Assembly (NCBI GenBank): GCA_034530875.2
Contig: JAVRCJ020000002.1
Coordinates: 128,001 to 192,000, forward strand
DNA: 64,000 nucleotides
From: Nostoc sp. DedSLP01
GTDB taxonomy: Bacteria; Cyanobacteriota; Cyanobacteriia; Cyanobacteriales; Nostocaceae
Reading direction: 5' to 3'
Of this stretch, positions 11,102 to 22,138 are shown one piece after another. The position numbers and the translations under genes are program-made. Below the pieces are notes generated by a model. It searched no databases and was not told the origin of the DNA. It worked only from the letters and a program-made list of their open reading frames with translations. Each line of letters begins with the position of its first letter. Position 1 is the first letter of the stretch.

Positions 11102-11458
11102 TTACACCCCAAATGACTTACCGCAACCGCAAGTTTGGCTGGCGTTGGGGTTAGTGAATTGGAAGCCGCCACCAATCATTGCATCGCTGTAATCGAGCAT
11201 TAAGCCATAGAGATATAATAGGCTCTTGCGATCGCTAACAATTTGGAAGCCGTCATAGTCGAAAACTTCATCCTGAGGGCCGATCTTGCTGGTATCCTCA
11301 AAGTCCATCATGTAAGACATACCAGAGCAACCGCCCTGACGTACTCCTACCCGCAAGCATAGGTCTTTGCCTTGCTTTTCCTGGAGGGATTTTACCTGGC
11401 GCAATGCGGCTTCGCTCAACAGAATTCCGCGTTGTTGAGGCTGAATTGCTTGTGTCAT
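11102..11458 (-). CDS. iscA: A-type Fe-S cluster assembly protein (IscA/SufA/HesB family)
   Basis: GGCSGMSY and C-terminal CGCGKSF motifs. Confidence 0.9.
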   Translation of the reverse strand: MTQAIQPQQRGILLSEAALRQVKSLQEKQGKDLCLRVGVRQGGCSGMSYMMDFEDTSKIGPQDEVFDYDGFQIVSDRKSLLYLYGLMLDYSDAMIGGGFQFTNPNASQTCGCGKSFGV

Positions 11459-11786
11459 CTGCTTTTCAACTCCTTAGTTAGTCCAAGCGTTACCCTGTAT
11501 AGGCTTGTTATTGCCTCTGGATTTGCCCTTGGTGTTTTTGGATCCATTCTAACGATATAGATGTCGCTAAGTGCCAAATTGTAAACACTCTGTCAAAAGC
11601 GGCCAAAGATTTCTATTCTAGAATTGAGAGACTCACTGTATTTACATAGATTGGTATTTTTGGAGTTTAAGCCTTTTGGCAGCCACAGATGCAACCACCC
11701 TTCTGGTGCAGCCATGAAAAATTAATCCCAGGCTAGCCATCCCCAAAAGTTTACTTCTAAATTGCTTCTTTTGATTAAGTTACTCT

Positions 11787-13427
11787 ATGACAAGTTTTAA
11801 TCGCTCTACCAGTCGTCGGTTGAAGAAATTAACCCAAATTCCTTCTGTATGGGAGGGCGATCGTCGTCCGTTGTCATCACCAAATCAGCATTCAGATTCA
11901 GAAGCCAAGGGAGAATGCATTCTTTGGGTAGATTACTCCCAAGGTATTGTCCGAGGCATGGATGTAGTCGCTTCAGATATCGGCCCGGAAGCAATAGTTC
12001 GCACCTTAATGCGAGCAATGGAACATCCCCATAGTCCTGCAAAACCAGCCAGACCCCAAAGAATTGTAGTCAAAGACCGCGAAATCCAATTTTACCTGCG
12101 AGGGGTACTGCAAGATTTGGATATCGCCATTGACTACGCACCGGAACTACCTTTAATTGACGAATTGTTTCGCGGGTTCGCTGACATCCTTGATAGCCAA
12201 ACCCCCGATTTACCTCCACAATACGCCCAAATTTTGCGAGAGAAGGCATTTGCAATTTGGCAAGCGGCACCTTGGGAATTTCTGGAAGAACAGCAAATTC
12301 TGTCAATAGAAATTAATAAGTGGGATGTTGGTACGCTCTACGCTTCCATTATGGGAATGCTGGGAATGGAGTATGGGATTTTATTTTATCGTTCAGAAGA
12401 GTCTCTCAAGCGGTTTCGCGCCGCAGTTTTAAGAGATGAAGAATCAAAAGAGCGTTTAGAAGAAGCTTTCCTCAAGCAAGATTGTCTGTTTCTCACTTTT
12501 GAAAGTAATGACGAAACCGACGAAGATGACGATGATATGGGCGATTTGGCAGATTTGCCGCTTTCAGATATCGATCCCACTTTCGGTAACATCCACCCTT
12601 TGGAAGGACTGCGTTCTGTTTTGTATGACGAGGAAGCACTTGTAATCTATGTTGCCATCGAAAGCTTAAGTCGTTTTCTGCGCGACCACCGACGCCAGCT
12701 GCATTCTGAAACTTTCCCCAGCCTCAGCCGTCGCTATCGGATTTCTCCCCCACAGTCTGAAGAATCAACAAAATCTGTGTCTGTGACAGTCTCTACTATG
12801 CCGGAGTTAGCAGCAGAATTAGAGGAAATGGCTGGCTTTGGTGTTGAGGATCGAGAAATTGACAACCTTGGCGCGGAAAATTTCCGTTCGTTACAAGATG
12901 ACTTGATCCCCGAAGATTCTTTCCTCAGTTTAGGTGTGGTGTCTTGGGAAATGTTGGAGTATCTACGTAAAGGCGTCAATTACCATAAGGCTGGCGAAAT
13001 CAAACAAGTGGGTGACGGTTTGCCGGTGATTTTAATTCAAACTTCCCGACCGAAGGCTAAAACTGTAATCGAAAGAATTGAAGCAGCAGGCGGACTCAAA
13101 GCAATTTGCTTTAATCCAGGCGCTGACCCATTTGATGGCGATCGCTACGATCTCGGTTTATTACAAACTGAAAATGACGAATTGTTCTTATTCGGTGAAT
13201 TTTTAGATGAAGATCCCATCCATCTGGAAGCCCGAAAAAAATGGAATCAGCGCTGTAAAAATACTAAAGGCTACTGTGGTTTAATCATTGCCAAAGGACT
13301 CACCGGCGCTTCTCGCGGTAATCCCCAGTTACGAGATATGATGGCTTTGTTTGAAGCGCGATCGCTTTCACCTAAAGATTTAGGCATTGGCACTCTCCAA
13401 CTCATGCCTCAGCTTAAATTTGAATAG
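11787..13427 (+). CDS. Conserved cyanobacterial hypothetical protein (DUF6930-like)
   Basis: 546-aa acidic ORF, WQAAPWEFL and SIMGMLGMEYG segments; family name from memory. Confidence 0.75.
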   Translation: MTSFNRSTSRRLKKLTQIPSVWEGDRRPLSSPNQHSDSEAKGECILWVDYSQGIVRGMDVVASDIGPEAIVRTLMRAMEHPHSPAKPARPQRIVVKDREIQFYLRGVLQDLDIAIDYAPELPLIDELFRGFADILDSQTPDLPPQYAQILREKAFAIWQAAPWEFLEEQQILSIEINKWDVGTLYASIMGMLGMEYGILFYRSEESLKRFRAAVLRDEESKERLEEAFLKQDCLFLTFESNDETDEDDDDMGDLADLPLSDIDPTFGNIHPLEGLRSVLYDEEALVIYVAIESLSRFLRDHRRQLHSETFPSLSRRYRISPPQSEESTKSVSVTVSTMPELAAELEEMAGFGVEDREIDNLGAENFRSLQDDLIPEDSFLSLGVVSWEMLEYLRKGVNYHKAGEIKQVGDGLPVILIQTSRPKAKTVIERIEAAGGLKAICFNPGADPFDGDRYDLGLLQTENDELFLFGEFLDEDPIHLEARKKWNQRCKNTKGYCGLIIAKGLTGASRGNPQLRDMMALFEARSLSPKDLGIGTLQLMPQLKFE

Positions 13428-13493
13428 TTGCACTTATAGCTGTAATCCTTAACGTCAGATTGCAGTTATAAAAATTAAATTTATCTCAATCCC

Positions 13494-13530
13494 CGTAATA
13501 CCGCACTCTCTTTTAGAGTGCGGTATTACG
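13494..13530 (+). terminator. Strong hairpin downstream of the 546-aa gene
   Basis: Perfect 16-bp stem CGTAATACCGCACTCT-ctttt-AGAGTGCGGTATTACG followed by TTT. Confidence 0.65.
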
Positions 13531-15359
13531 TTTGGGAGTGAAGATAAGATTCTGAAGGTATATAAAAGCGAACTATCTCTCTATCTCCATTCCTGCAAAG
13601 CTTTATTTGTAGTAATTAAAACGGTTTAAAAAAACCAAACTATGTAAAGAAAAATGAAATAGGCTCAAACTCTGTTTCCTCCTGTCTTATGTCTTCAGCA
13701 TAGCTGCCTTATTCCAGTAATAAATATTCACACCGACTTATACCGTTTCTCTAAAATCTAGTTACACATAAATCTTTGCATCTCCCAGTCTCCACGTCAC
13801 CGCGTCATCATTACCTACTTTTGGAGAATTGGTATTACTTAGCCCCAGTCGAAGCAAGCTAGCAAAATTCTCTCTAAGAGTTCTGTGAAACTTGCAGACA
13901 CGACTTAGCTGCCAAGCGTTAGTTTAGAGTTCTCTACCTTCTACCTCTCCTCTAGCCTCTGCTTGGCTTGTTCTCGTCAACACCAATAACCACCCTTATA
14001 CCAATTTGAAAAAAGAATTCAATACATCGAGCAGCAGTTTGCTTTACCCGAATTTCATGAAGTAGCCATATTCTCAGATTTCTCGGTATTTTTATTTATA
14101 TATTTTTAATATTAATTATTGCATTTTTATCATTTTTATTTATAAATAATCTTTTGATTGAACCTAGTTAACGCACTTAAATATCTAAATCTTTTTTGAA
14201 ATTGCTTTTTCAGCTTAATGTCTTGTTATGTATCAAGATTTTTAAGTAAAAGTTTAAAAGCTTATCTTCTACTTTGTAAGTTCTTTATAAAGAGCAAAAA
14301 AAGCTATTCTTCCTACCTAAATAAAGATTATTTAAAGCGTATATTTCCTGGTTATAATGAATCCAATTGCTACAAAACAATGAAGATTGAATTATTATCT
14401 CTCGGGATTGTTATTACTAAACAATGATTTGATTTTCAACATTTTTAGGCAATTATTTATATCCTGATTTAGATAATTTAAAGAGTTTAACTCTTAAATC
14501 TGTCATACAATGAATAACTCAGAATAATTTCTATCCCATTCAGCATCGATGAATAGAATTAGGAAAAAATGATTTTTTGTTTTAACAATAAACCACGTAA
14601 CTCAAAGGAAGAAAAACATTCAAAATTTCATTGTATCTTTACGGTAAATTAATTTAAAAACATGAAACAAAACTAAAATATTATTAGAGGCAACAGTCAA
14701 GTAACATCACATTAATGTCATCCATTAATCTGTGTAATATTACAGATGATGTTGTTAAAATTTAGCAGCAAATCTTGTATATTTATACTCCTGTTTTCTT
14801 GGCTACAAAACAGAGGAAATCAATCTGTTGCATCGGCAAAAGCTCAAAGTTGTGACATTTAAAATAACTTTTAGCTAATTGATTAGAGTAATGCATGTAA
14901 ATAATGTTTGCTTTGGAGTAATCGCTTATTTGCCTGCTTTTAAGTAACTGTTTGCTAGTTAGGTACACCATTGAAACCTGCTTCAGGTTAAGCATTGAGG
15001 TATATAAATCATTCTTGAGTTAGATTTTCAGGTATTAGGTCAATAGTTTTAGAAATCTTGATTTAGTCAACAGTATGCATCTCAAAGTCACTCTTGAAAA
15101 TTTAATTGTCAGGGTTTACTCATGCTGTTAATGGGGTTATTATTTTCAAAAGCAAGTATGTGCCTTTTATGCTGTCACAATAGTAACAAAAAGTGTAGTT
15201 ATTTGATTTTTTTAGAAAATCATGAATCTTTTGACAAAGATGAACAATCTTAATATTAATAATATTACTTGTTTCCTGACACAAACTCTGATAATCTGAT
15301 CGTTTTCCTCTTTAGTTAGACTTTTTTAATGATGCAAATATACAGCAAACAGCATGATA

Positions 15360-15530
15360 ATGACAAATAAAAAATGGGCCGTAAAACGTATAACTGTCAA
15401 TCTCGCAACACAGGAAGCGGAGAAGCTAGAAAAATATTGTCAGCAAACAGGTAGACCCGCAACTGATGTGATTCGCGAACTGATTAGAACTTTGCCTTTA
15501 TCTGAAGATGGAAAGGATGTAAATAGGTAA
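15360..15530 (+). CDS. CopG/ribbon-helix-helix small transcriptional regulator (56 aa, below the ORF track cutoff)
   Basis: MTNKKWAVKRITVNLATQEAEKLEKYCQQTGRPATDVIRELIRTLPLSEDGKDVNR: beta strand plus two helices of RHH type; alternative ATG at 15354. Confidence 0.85.
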   Translation: MTNKKWAVKRITVNLATQEAEKLEKYCQQTGRPATDVIRELIRTLPLSEDGKDVNR

Positions 15531-15791
15531 CAAAATGTTTTTACTAACTACTTGACTACCAAAAAATTACGATACTTTTTTGAGTCCGCTGCAATGGACA
15601 AGAGTTTGTTTAATCGATACAGGCGCGTTTTTCTCGCGCTTGATCGCTTGCTTAGGACTAACAAGAGTAATCAAAGATGTTTTAGTATTGACATCACCCA
15701 GCCTTTATCTGCTGGTGGAGTTGATATTAAGTAGCAAATTCCGTCGCCAACCCAGTTACAATCTGTAAAGAAACTGAAAAGGAACGACGGA

Positions 15792-17231
15792 ATGCGTGTT
15801 GCAATTGTAGGTGCGGGACTGGCTGGGCTAGCAACAGCAGTAGATCTAGCTGATGCTGGTTGCGAAGTGCAGATTTTTGAGTCCCGTCCCTTTGTGGGTG
15901 GTAAAGTTGGCAGTTGGGTTGATGGAGATGGCAACCATCTAGAAATGGGGTTGCATGTATTTTTTGGGTGCTACTACCAATTATTTGACTTGATGAAAAA
16001 AGTGGGGGTGTTAGACAACCTACGCCTCAAGGAACATACCCACACTTTTATTAACAAAGGAGGTCGGACTGGTGCTTTAGATTTTCGCTTTATTACAGGT
16101 GCGCCTTTTAATGGCTTGAAAGCATTTTTTACGACTTCTCAGTTATCATTACAGGATAAATTGCAAAATGCGATCGCCTTGGGTACTAGTCCGATAGTTC
16201 GCGGATTGGTAGACTTTAACGGGGCGATGAAAACCATCCGTAATTTAGATAAAATTAGCTTTGCTGACTGGTTCCGCAGTCACGGCGGCAGTAATGGTAG
16301 CATCAAAAGAATGTGGAATCCCATTGCTTACGCATTGGGATTTATTGATTGCGAAAATATTTCTGCCCGTTGTATGTTAACCATCTTCCAGTTCTTTGCA
16401 GTCAGAACTGAAGCTTCAGTCCTCCGAATGTTGGAAGGTTCTCCAGCCGAATATTTGCACAAGCCGATTCTGGAATATCTGGAAGCCAGAGGCACTAAAG
16501 TTTATACGCGTCGGCAAGTGCGGGAAATTCAATTTACACAATCAGGCGAACAAACCAGCGTCACTGGGATTGTAGTTGCCCAAGGTGATACAGTACAAAC
16601 TATTACTGCTGATGCTTATGTCTTTGCTTGCGATGTTCCAGGAATTCAGCGCATCGTTCCACAAGAATGGCGTAAGTGGTCAGAATTTGACAATATTTAT
16701 AAGCTAGATGCAGTGCCGGTAGCAACAGTACAGTTGCGCTTCGATGGTTGGGTGACAGAACTCAACGATGAAGCACAGCGTAAACAATTAAAACACGCCG
16801 CTGGAATAGATAATTTGCTTTATACAGCCGATGCTGACTTTTCTTGTTTTGCCGATTTAGCGTTGACTAGCCCTGCTGATTATTATCGCCCAGGACAGGG
16901 ATCGTTGTTACAGCTAGTGCTGACGCCGGGAGATCCGTTTATTGCACAAAGTAATGAAGCGATCGCTCAACATGTTCTCAAGCAAGTCCACGAACTCTTT
17001 CCCTCATCACGCGAGTTAAATATGACTTGGTACAGCGTGGTCAAACTTGCTCAATCTCTCTATCGAGAAGCGCCGGGAATGGATGTGTATCGTCCCAACC
17101 AAAAGACACCAGTGCATAATTTCTTCCTTGCAGGAAGTTATACCCAGCAAGACTATATTGACAGTATGGAAGGAGCAACTATTTCTGGACGGCGTGCAGC
17201 AAAAGCGATTTTGGAGAGTTTAAAAAATTGA
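15792..17231 (+). CDS. crtQ: 9,9'-di-cis-zeta-carotene desaturase
   Basis: GAGLAGL FAD motif, [28 protein letters not shown]; followed by an SRPBCC gene as usual for zds. Confidence 0.93.
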   Translation: MRVAIVGAGLAGLATAVDLADAGCEVQIFESRPFVGGKVGSWVDGDGNHLEMGLHVFFGCYYQLFDLMKKVGVLDNLRLKEHTHTFINKGGRTGALDFRFITGAPFNGLKAFFTTSQLSLQDKLQNAIALGTSPIVRGLVDFNGAMKTIRNLDKISFADWFRSHGGSNGSIKRMWNPIAYALGFIDCENISARCMLTIFQFFAVRTEASVLRMLEGSPAEYLHKPILEYLEARGTKVYTRRQVREIQFTQSGEQTSVTGIVVAQGDTVQTITADAYVFACDVPGIQRIVPQEWRKWSEFDNIYKLDAVPVATVQLRFDGWVTELNDEAQRKQLKHAAGIDNLLYTADADFSCFADLALTSPADYYRPGQGSLLQLVLTPGDPFIAQSNEAIAQHVLKQVHELFPSSRELNMTWYSVVKLAQSLYREAPGMDVYRPNQKTPVHNFFLAGSYTQQDYIDSMEGATISGRRAAKAILESLKN

Positions 17232-17282
17232 CATAGGCAATATGGCTTGTGTCAAAAAATCGACGCCAAGGAAGAAAAAATA

Positions 17283-17726
17283 ATGCCAAATTGGTTAGAG
17301 CATACTGTGCAAATAGAAGTAGAGGCTCCCATAGATTTAGTATGGAGCCTCTGGTCTGATTTGGAGCAAATGCCGCGATGGATGAAGTGGATTGATTCAG
17401 TCAAGATTCTGCCAGATAATCCGGATATATCTCTTTGGAAATTGAGTAGTAGCGGTCTAGAATTTACTTGGAAATCCCGAATTCTGAAAGTTGTTCCCAA
17501 CCAAATTATTCAATGGGAATCCATTGATGGTTTGCCGAATCAGGGAGCGATTCGCTTTTACGATCGCCACGGTAGTACTATCGTTAAAATGACTATTTCC
17601 TACGCTATTCCTGGTGTTATTGGCAAAATAATGGATAGCTTATTTTTAGGGCGGATAGTTGAATCAACAATTCAAGCTGATTTAGAAAGGTTTAAACAAT
17701 ACGCTTTAAATATTAAATCTAATTGA
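17283..17726 (+). CDS. SRPBCC/polyketide cyclase family protein
   Basis: WLEHTVQIEVEAP..VW.LWSDLEQMPRWM...DLERFK. Confidence 0.85.
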   Translation: MPNWLEHTVQIEVEAPIDLVWSLWSDLEQMPRWMKWIDSVKILPDNPDISLWKLSSSGLEFTWKSRILKVVPNQIIQWESIDGLPNQGAIRFYDRHGSTIVKMTISYAIPGVIGKIMDSLFLGRIVESTIQADLERFKQYALNIKSN

Positions 17727-17863
17727 TATAGATCGCAAAAACAGGCAGTAGGCAGCTTTTGTATTTTGTTTTTTACTGCCTAAAAGTGGCTATTGCATTT
17801 GGTGATAACCAAAATAACTGCACAAATTGTGTAACATTAGTCACTAGCTATTAAAGTAGGTTA

Positions 17864-18079
17864 CTACACCCTACTTACTGTTGGTTCTGGAAGTGAGTCA
17901 CCCGTAGCTTCGTAAGCGATAATTAGAGACTCTAAGGCTTCAATCCCATTTGCCACCGCTAACTGGTAAGTATCTCCATGAGTCCGCCAACGTTGTCCTG
18001 GAAAATCAGGGAATCCTACTAAGAAACAATTATCTTCTTCAGACCATTGAATAATCATTTGGTACTTAAGCTTACTCAT
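17864..18079 (-). CDS. hicB: HicB family antitoxin (short form, no DNA-binding domain)
   Basis: IQWSEEDNCFLV.FPDFPG...THGDTY..AV.NG.EAL...LPEP; overlaps the hicA stop. Confidence 0.85.
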   Translation of the reverse strand: MSKLKYQMIIQWSEEDNCFLVGFPDFPGQRWRTHGDTYQLAVANGIEALESLIIAYEATGDSLPEPTVSRV

Positions 18080-18284
18080 CTTCTTTTTTCCCTTCTACTT
18101 CCTCAATTGCCTGTTTCACTTCCTTCTCTTGGTAGCGTTTAGCATCTGCTCCATCTTTTCCTGAAATCGTGATTTTTCCGTTGTAGAGAGGATGAACCCA
18201 GTTAGTGTGACTTCCTTTTCCTGGGACTTCTGTAAAACCTGCTTGGTAAAGCATTTGCTTGAGTTCTCGGATTTTCTTTGGCAT
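18072..18284 (-). CDS. hicA: HicA family toxin (mRNA interferase)
   Basis: L..AGF....GKGSH..W.HP motif, upstream of hicB. Confidence 0.9.
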   Translation of the reverse strand: MPKKIRELKQMLYQAGFTEVPGKGSHTNWVHPLYNGKITISGKDGADAKRYQEKEVKQAIEEVEGKKEDE

Positions 18285-18318
18285 TAATTTTTTATCCCTT
18301 GACTTAACAAAGGCAACA

Positions 18319-18555
18319 TTACCAAGTTGGGTCGCTAAACAAATTAATCGTTAATTCCTCGCGTGGCGGTACTGCTGTGATACAAGCGCGGATGTTCTCT
18401 CCATCTTCTAATTCCACGGTGCAAGCGTAACAAGACCCCATCAGACAACCAGTGGGAATAAATACTCCAGCCCGGTCTGCTACATCCAAAAGGGCTTCTC
18501 CCACTTCAGCGTCTACTGTCACGTCATCTGGTAAAAAGCGGACACGAACAATCAT
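18319..18555 (-). CDS. 2Fe-2S ferredoxin-like protein
   Basis: C-x4-C-x2-C (CLMGSCYAC) plus RAC. Confidence 0.85.
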   Translation of the reverse strand: MIVRVRFLPDDVTVDAEVGEALLDVADRAGVFIPTGCLMGSCYACTVELEDGENIRACITAVPPREELTINLFSDPTW

Positions 18556-18737
18556 CAATACTTACACTTTTGATTTGGAATTGGTTCCTAAGGTTTGTTA
18601 TTTGTCCTTTGTCAAGACAAATGACAAATAACTATCTTAGCGAAAAAATTTGCAATTTATTCTATGCAACTTATACCAATTTGAAAAATTATTACTCAGA
18701 TTCACCAACACTATTCCTAATCCAAAATGGTATTAGG

Positions 18738-20216
18738 TTAAGACAAAAACGGACTTAAGTCTAAATGGCTTTCAACTTGAGTGGCTAAAGAATCTAAAAT
18801 TTGCTCTCGCTGTTCTCGGTAGTTAGCAACACCAGTGGGCAAAGATTTTAGACCGCGTTGTTGGCGGAGGCGGTTTAACCAAGCCCGACGCCAAGGGCCG
18901 TTGTCAAAAATTCCGTGGAGGTAAGTACCCCACACTGATTGACAACTATCCACCAACCCTAAGTTAACATCGTCAAATAACGCATGGTAAGATTGGCTAT
19001 CTATTCCTTGTTGTTCAATGCGCGATCGCCCTTGATGAATCTCAAAGCCATTGACTGGCAAGCCCAACTGCGGATAATTCGAGCTAACTTGCCGTTGGCG
19101 GGCAATTTTCTGTCCTGTAATTACAGTTCTGATTGGTAAAAGATTTAATCCCTGATACCTGCCAGCTTGTCCCTCTATTCCTTCTGGGTCGGCTATGATT
19201 TGTCCGAGCATTTGATACCCGCCACAGATACCTAAAACTGTGCCTCCAGAGGCAGCGTAATGTTGGATTGCTTCTGCCATACCGCTTTTTTGCAGCAGTA
19301 GTAGATCGGCAATTGTAGTTTTTGTACCTGGGATAATTACTGCATCCGGATGTCCCAAATCTTGTTTAGGACTAAGGAATTTTATTGAGACAGTACTTTC
19401 TGATTCTAGTGGATCAAAGTCGGTGAAGTTGGCAATTCTTGGTAAGCGGATAACAGCGATGTTGAGGTCGGTTTGGGCTTTGGTTGATTGACGTTCTAGT
19501 AAGTCAAGGGAATCTTCGGCGGGAAATACTTCTTCCAAGTAAGGTATAACGCCAACAACGGGGATACCAGTACGTTCTTCTAACCATTTTATTCCTGGTT
19601 CTAAGAGCGATCGCTGTCCTCGGAACTTGTTAATCACTACGCCTTTAATTAAGGCACGTTCGTCCGGTTCCAATAACTCTAGAGTGCCTACTACATGGGC
19701 AAAAGCACCACCCCGGTCGATATCAACGACTAGTAGAGTTGGCGCATTCAAATATTTTGCTACCCGCATATTCGTTAAGTCGCGGTGCTTGAGGTTAATC
19801 TCCGCGGGACTACCGGCACCTTCACAAACCAGCAAATCGAATTCTGTTCCTAAATGCTGTAGCGATTCTTCAATTGTCCGCCACCCCAATTCAAAATATT
19901 GCTCGTAGTAATCTGCGGCACCCACTTTACCTACAGGTCTACCTTTCATAATTACTTGCGAAGTCATATCGCCTTGGGGTTTGAGTAAAATTGGATTCAT
20001 TTCTACCCAAGGCACGACTCCTGCTGCCCAAGCTTGTACTGCTTGCGCGTAGCCAATTTCTCCACCACTGGCAGTGACATAAGCATTTAAAGCCATATTT
20101 TGACCTTTAAAAGGAGCCACTCGCCAGCCGCGTCGAGACAAAATTCGACAAATAGCTGTACTTAAGAGTGATTTCCCTGCGTGAGATGTCGTCCCCACCA
20201 CCATAATTGATTTCAT
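18738..20216 (-). CDS. cobQ: Cobyric acid synthase
   Basis: GTTSHAGKS, PFKGQNMALN, EGAGSPAEINL, GICGGYQMLG, GTYLHGIF. Confidence 0.95.
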   Translation of the reverse strand: MKSIMVVGTTSHAGKSLLSTAICRILSRRGWRVAPFKGQNMALNAYVTASGGEIGYAQAVQAWAAGVVPWVEMNPILLKPQGDMTSQVIMKGRPVGKVGAADYYEQYFELGWRTIEESLQHLGTEFDLLVCEGAGSPAEINLKHRDLTNMRVAKYLNAPTLLVVDIDRGGAFAHVVGTLELLEPDERALIKGVVINKFRGQRSLLEPGIKWLEERTGIPVVGVIPYLEEVFPAEDSLDLLERQSTKAQTDLNIAVIRLPRIANFTDFDPLESESTVSIKFLSPKQDLGHPDAVIIPGTKTTIADLLLLQKSGMAEAIQHYAASGGTVLGICGGYQMLGQIIADPEGIEGQAGRYQGLNLLPIRTVITGQKIARQRQVSSNYPQLGLPVNGFEIHQGRSRIEQQGIDSQSYHALFDDVNLGLVDSCQSVWGTYLHGIFDNGPWRRAWLNRLRQQRGLKSLPTGVANYREQREQILDSLATQVESHLDLSPFLS

Positions 20217-20356
20217 AGTCACTACCAGGTTTTTAATATATATAAGGTCAAATTTTACGGGCATTGGGCATTGGGAAAAGGGAAAAGGTAGGATTTACTG
20301 CCATTGCACTTTGCCCTTTGCCCTTTTCCCAAGGCGAAGCCTTTTGGCGTCTTCCC

Positions 20357-20395
20357 ATGCCCAATGCCCAATGCCCAATGCCCAATGCCCCATAT
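20357..20395. repeat. STRR heptamer tandem repeat (CCAATGC)n
   Basis: Several tandem heptamers; related STRR arrays at about 23033-23091, 33322-33435, 34560-34640 and 52243-52274. Confidence 0.85.
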
Positions 20396-20497
20396 CCAAT
20401 ACCCCACCACATTGTAAAGACTTCATGAATGGGTGTCACGTTTCCGTATATTATTGTTCCCTTTGATTCACAAATCCTAACTATTTAGGTTTCTGTT

Positions 20498-20902
20498 CTA
20501 AAAGGGTAAGCGTAACCAACGAATCACAGCATTATATAAGCGATCGCGCCATGAAGGAGTACGCCAATTTTTTCCCTGGTATTGTTCTATCAACTGCCGT
20601 CCTAAGGGAGTGAGGCGAAAACCATCAGTAATTCCCTGGCCATCAACTTCTCGCCGCAATACGCCCACTTGAATCAGCCAACTCAAGGCGTTGTCACATA
20701 CTAATTCTGATAAAGGACGCTGAGTATAACCTTGCTTAAATCCATTTTCCAGGGCGATCGCACTTAATGACACGCTTTGGTGTCGCATGGCTTCAAATAA
20801 AGATGGATTAAAGGGCGAACATATTAGCGATCGCTCGGCTCTTGCGATTGTGCTGGCAGGATATACAAAAGTTTTTGGGTTTTGGGAATCAACAGTAGGC
20901 AT
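20498..20902 (-). CDS. Npun_F0494 family conserved cyanobacterial protein
   Basis: WLIQVGVLRREVDGQGITDGFRLTPLGR signature. Confidence 0.8.
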   Translation of the reverse strand: MPTVDSQNPKTFVYPASTIARAERSLICSPFNPSLFEAMRHQSVSLSAIALENGFKQGYTQRPLSELVCDNALSWLIQVGVLRREVDGQGITDGFRLTPLGRQLIEQYQGKNWRTPSWRDRLYNAVIRWLRLPF

Positions 20903-21099
20903 TGTGCAGGAGTAGATATTTTTCTTTTTTGTTTTAATAAAAATTAATCTATAAATCTATTTTATTTTTCAACTTAGCTAACTAATTTAAACAAAATTGG
21001 TTATTCCAAGATAGCCATGCTGTTTTTTAGCATTTATATCATTGTAAATTATTGTAAAATTTCAAGTGCATCAACAATCTGAAACAGGAAAGCTTAATT

Positions 21100-21537
21100 A
21101 TGCCTCTAGCAGTTGGTACGGATGCACCTGCATTTACCGCCAAAGATACAAACGGCAACACAGTCTCTTTATCTGATTTTGCTGGGAAGACAGTTGTTTT
21201 GTATTTTTACCCCAAAGATGACACTCCAGGCTGCACCAAACAAGCCTGTAGTTTCCGGGACGCCCAATCTAAATATCAAAATAAAGATGTTGTAGTGTTG
21301 GGAGTCAGCGCCGATGATGAAGGCTCTCATCAGGCATTTACTCAAAAATATAATTTGAATTTTCCTCTATTGGCCGACACTGACAAATCCCTCATCAAAG
21401 CATTTGATGTGGATGGCGGCGGTTATGCCAAGCGCGTCACCTACGTAATTGGCCCTGACGGCAAAATTACCCATGTTGACGCTAGTGTAAATACCAGCAC
21501 TCATGCTGAGGATGTGTTAGCTGCACTTGGGCTGTAG
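21100..21537 (+). CDS. Peroxiredoxin Q (BCP type)
   Basis: YFYPKDDTPGCTKQACSFRD. Confidence 0.93.
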   Translation: MPLAVGTDAPAFTAKDTNGNTVSLSDFAGKTVVLYFYPKDDTPGCTKQACSFRDAQSKYQNKDVVVLGVSADDEGSHQAFTQKYNLNFPLLADTDKSLIKAFDVDGGGYAKRVTYVIGPDGKITHVDASVNTSTHAEDVLAALGL

Positions 21538-21572
21538 TTTTTTGCCTAATAACTAACCATTTTTAAAAAATT

Positions 21573-21605
21573 TAACCCCAATTCCAAACTTTGGGATTGG
21601 GGTTA
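21573..21605. terminator. Likely bidirectional terminator between convergent genes
   Basis: TAACCCCAATTCCAAA-c-TTTGGGATTGGGGTTA hairpin. Confidence 0.6.
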
Positions 21606-21617
21606 TTGTTTTGAATT

Positions 21618-22106
21618 TCAGTTACCCGATGGTAATTTAACCGATGGTAACTGTGGGGTTGTTTGCTGTGCTTGTTGGCATTGCAATGGTTGTTGATTTG
21701 GTTTCAAAGCATTTGCTGTTGCTGGTTGAGTTGATGATGTCGCCGACGCCGATGCAACTGATGGCTGGGGAGTTGTTTGTTGCGCTTGTTGCTGACATTG
21801 GAGTAATTGTTGTTGTCTGGCTCTAAACGCTGCTGCGCTTGAATCTAGTTGTTCGTTCTGTTGTTGAGAATTCCAGTTGAGAGTTCCGAAGTTTGCTCGA
21901 TGAATCAGATCGAACATGTTGAAATTATCTGAGTTCGAGCGAGAGAACGGATCGGTATTTTGGTCTGTTGTACTAGTACTGGGAAAAGCATCTGCTGGGC
22001 TGCTAATCTGAGCCGAACTGGGTTGAGCCATCAGTAAGGGCGCAAAGCTAATTCCTGCAACTGTAGCCAACAAGAGTCTAGTAATTTGTAAAAATGGTTT
22101 TTTCAT
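21618..22106 (-). CDS. Secreted low-complexity hypothetical protein
   Basis: Signal-peptide-like N-terminus, FDLIHRANFG core, Q-rich tail. Confidence 0.7.
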   Translation of the reverse strand: MKKPFLQITRLLLATVAGISFAPLLMAQPSSAQISSPADAFPSTSTTDQNTDPFSRSNSDNFNMFDLIHRANFGTLNWNSQQQNEQLDSSAAAFRARQQQLLQCQQQAQQTTPQPSVASASATSSTQPATANALKPNQQPLQCQQAQQTTPQLPSVKLPSGN

Positions 22107-22138
22107 GGGTTTTGACTCGGAAATTGCTTTCTTTTATC

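Noticed and set aside
14218..14995. Short ORFs at 14218-14427 and 14783-14995
   Set aside because: AT-rich, no RBS or motif; consistent with chance ORFs
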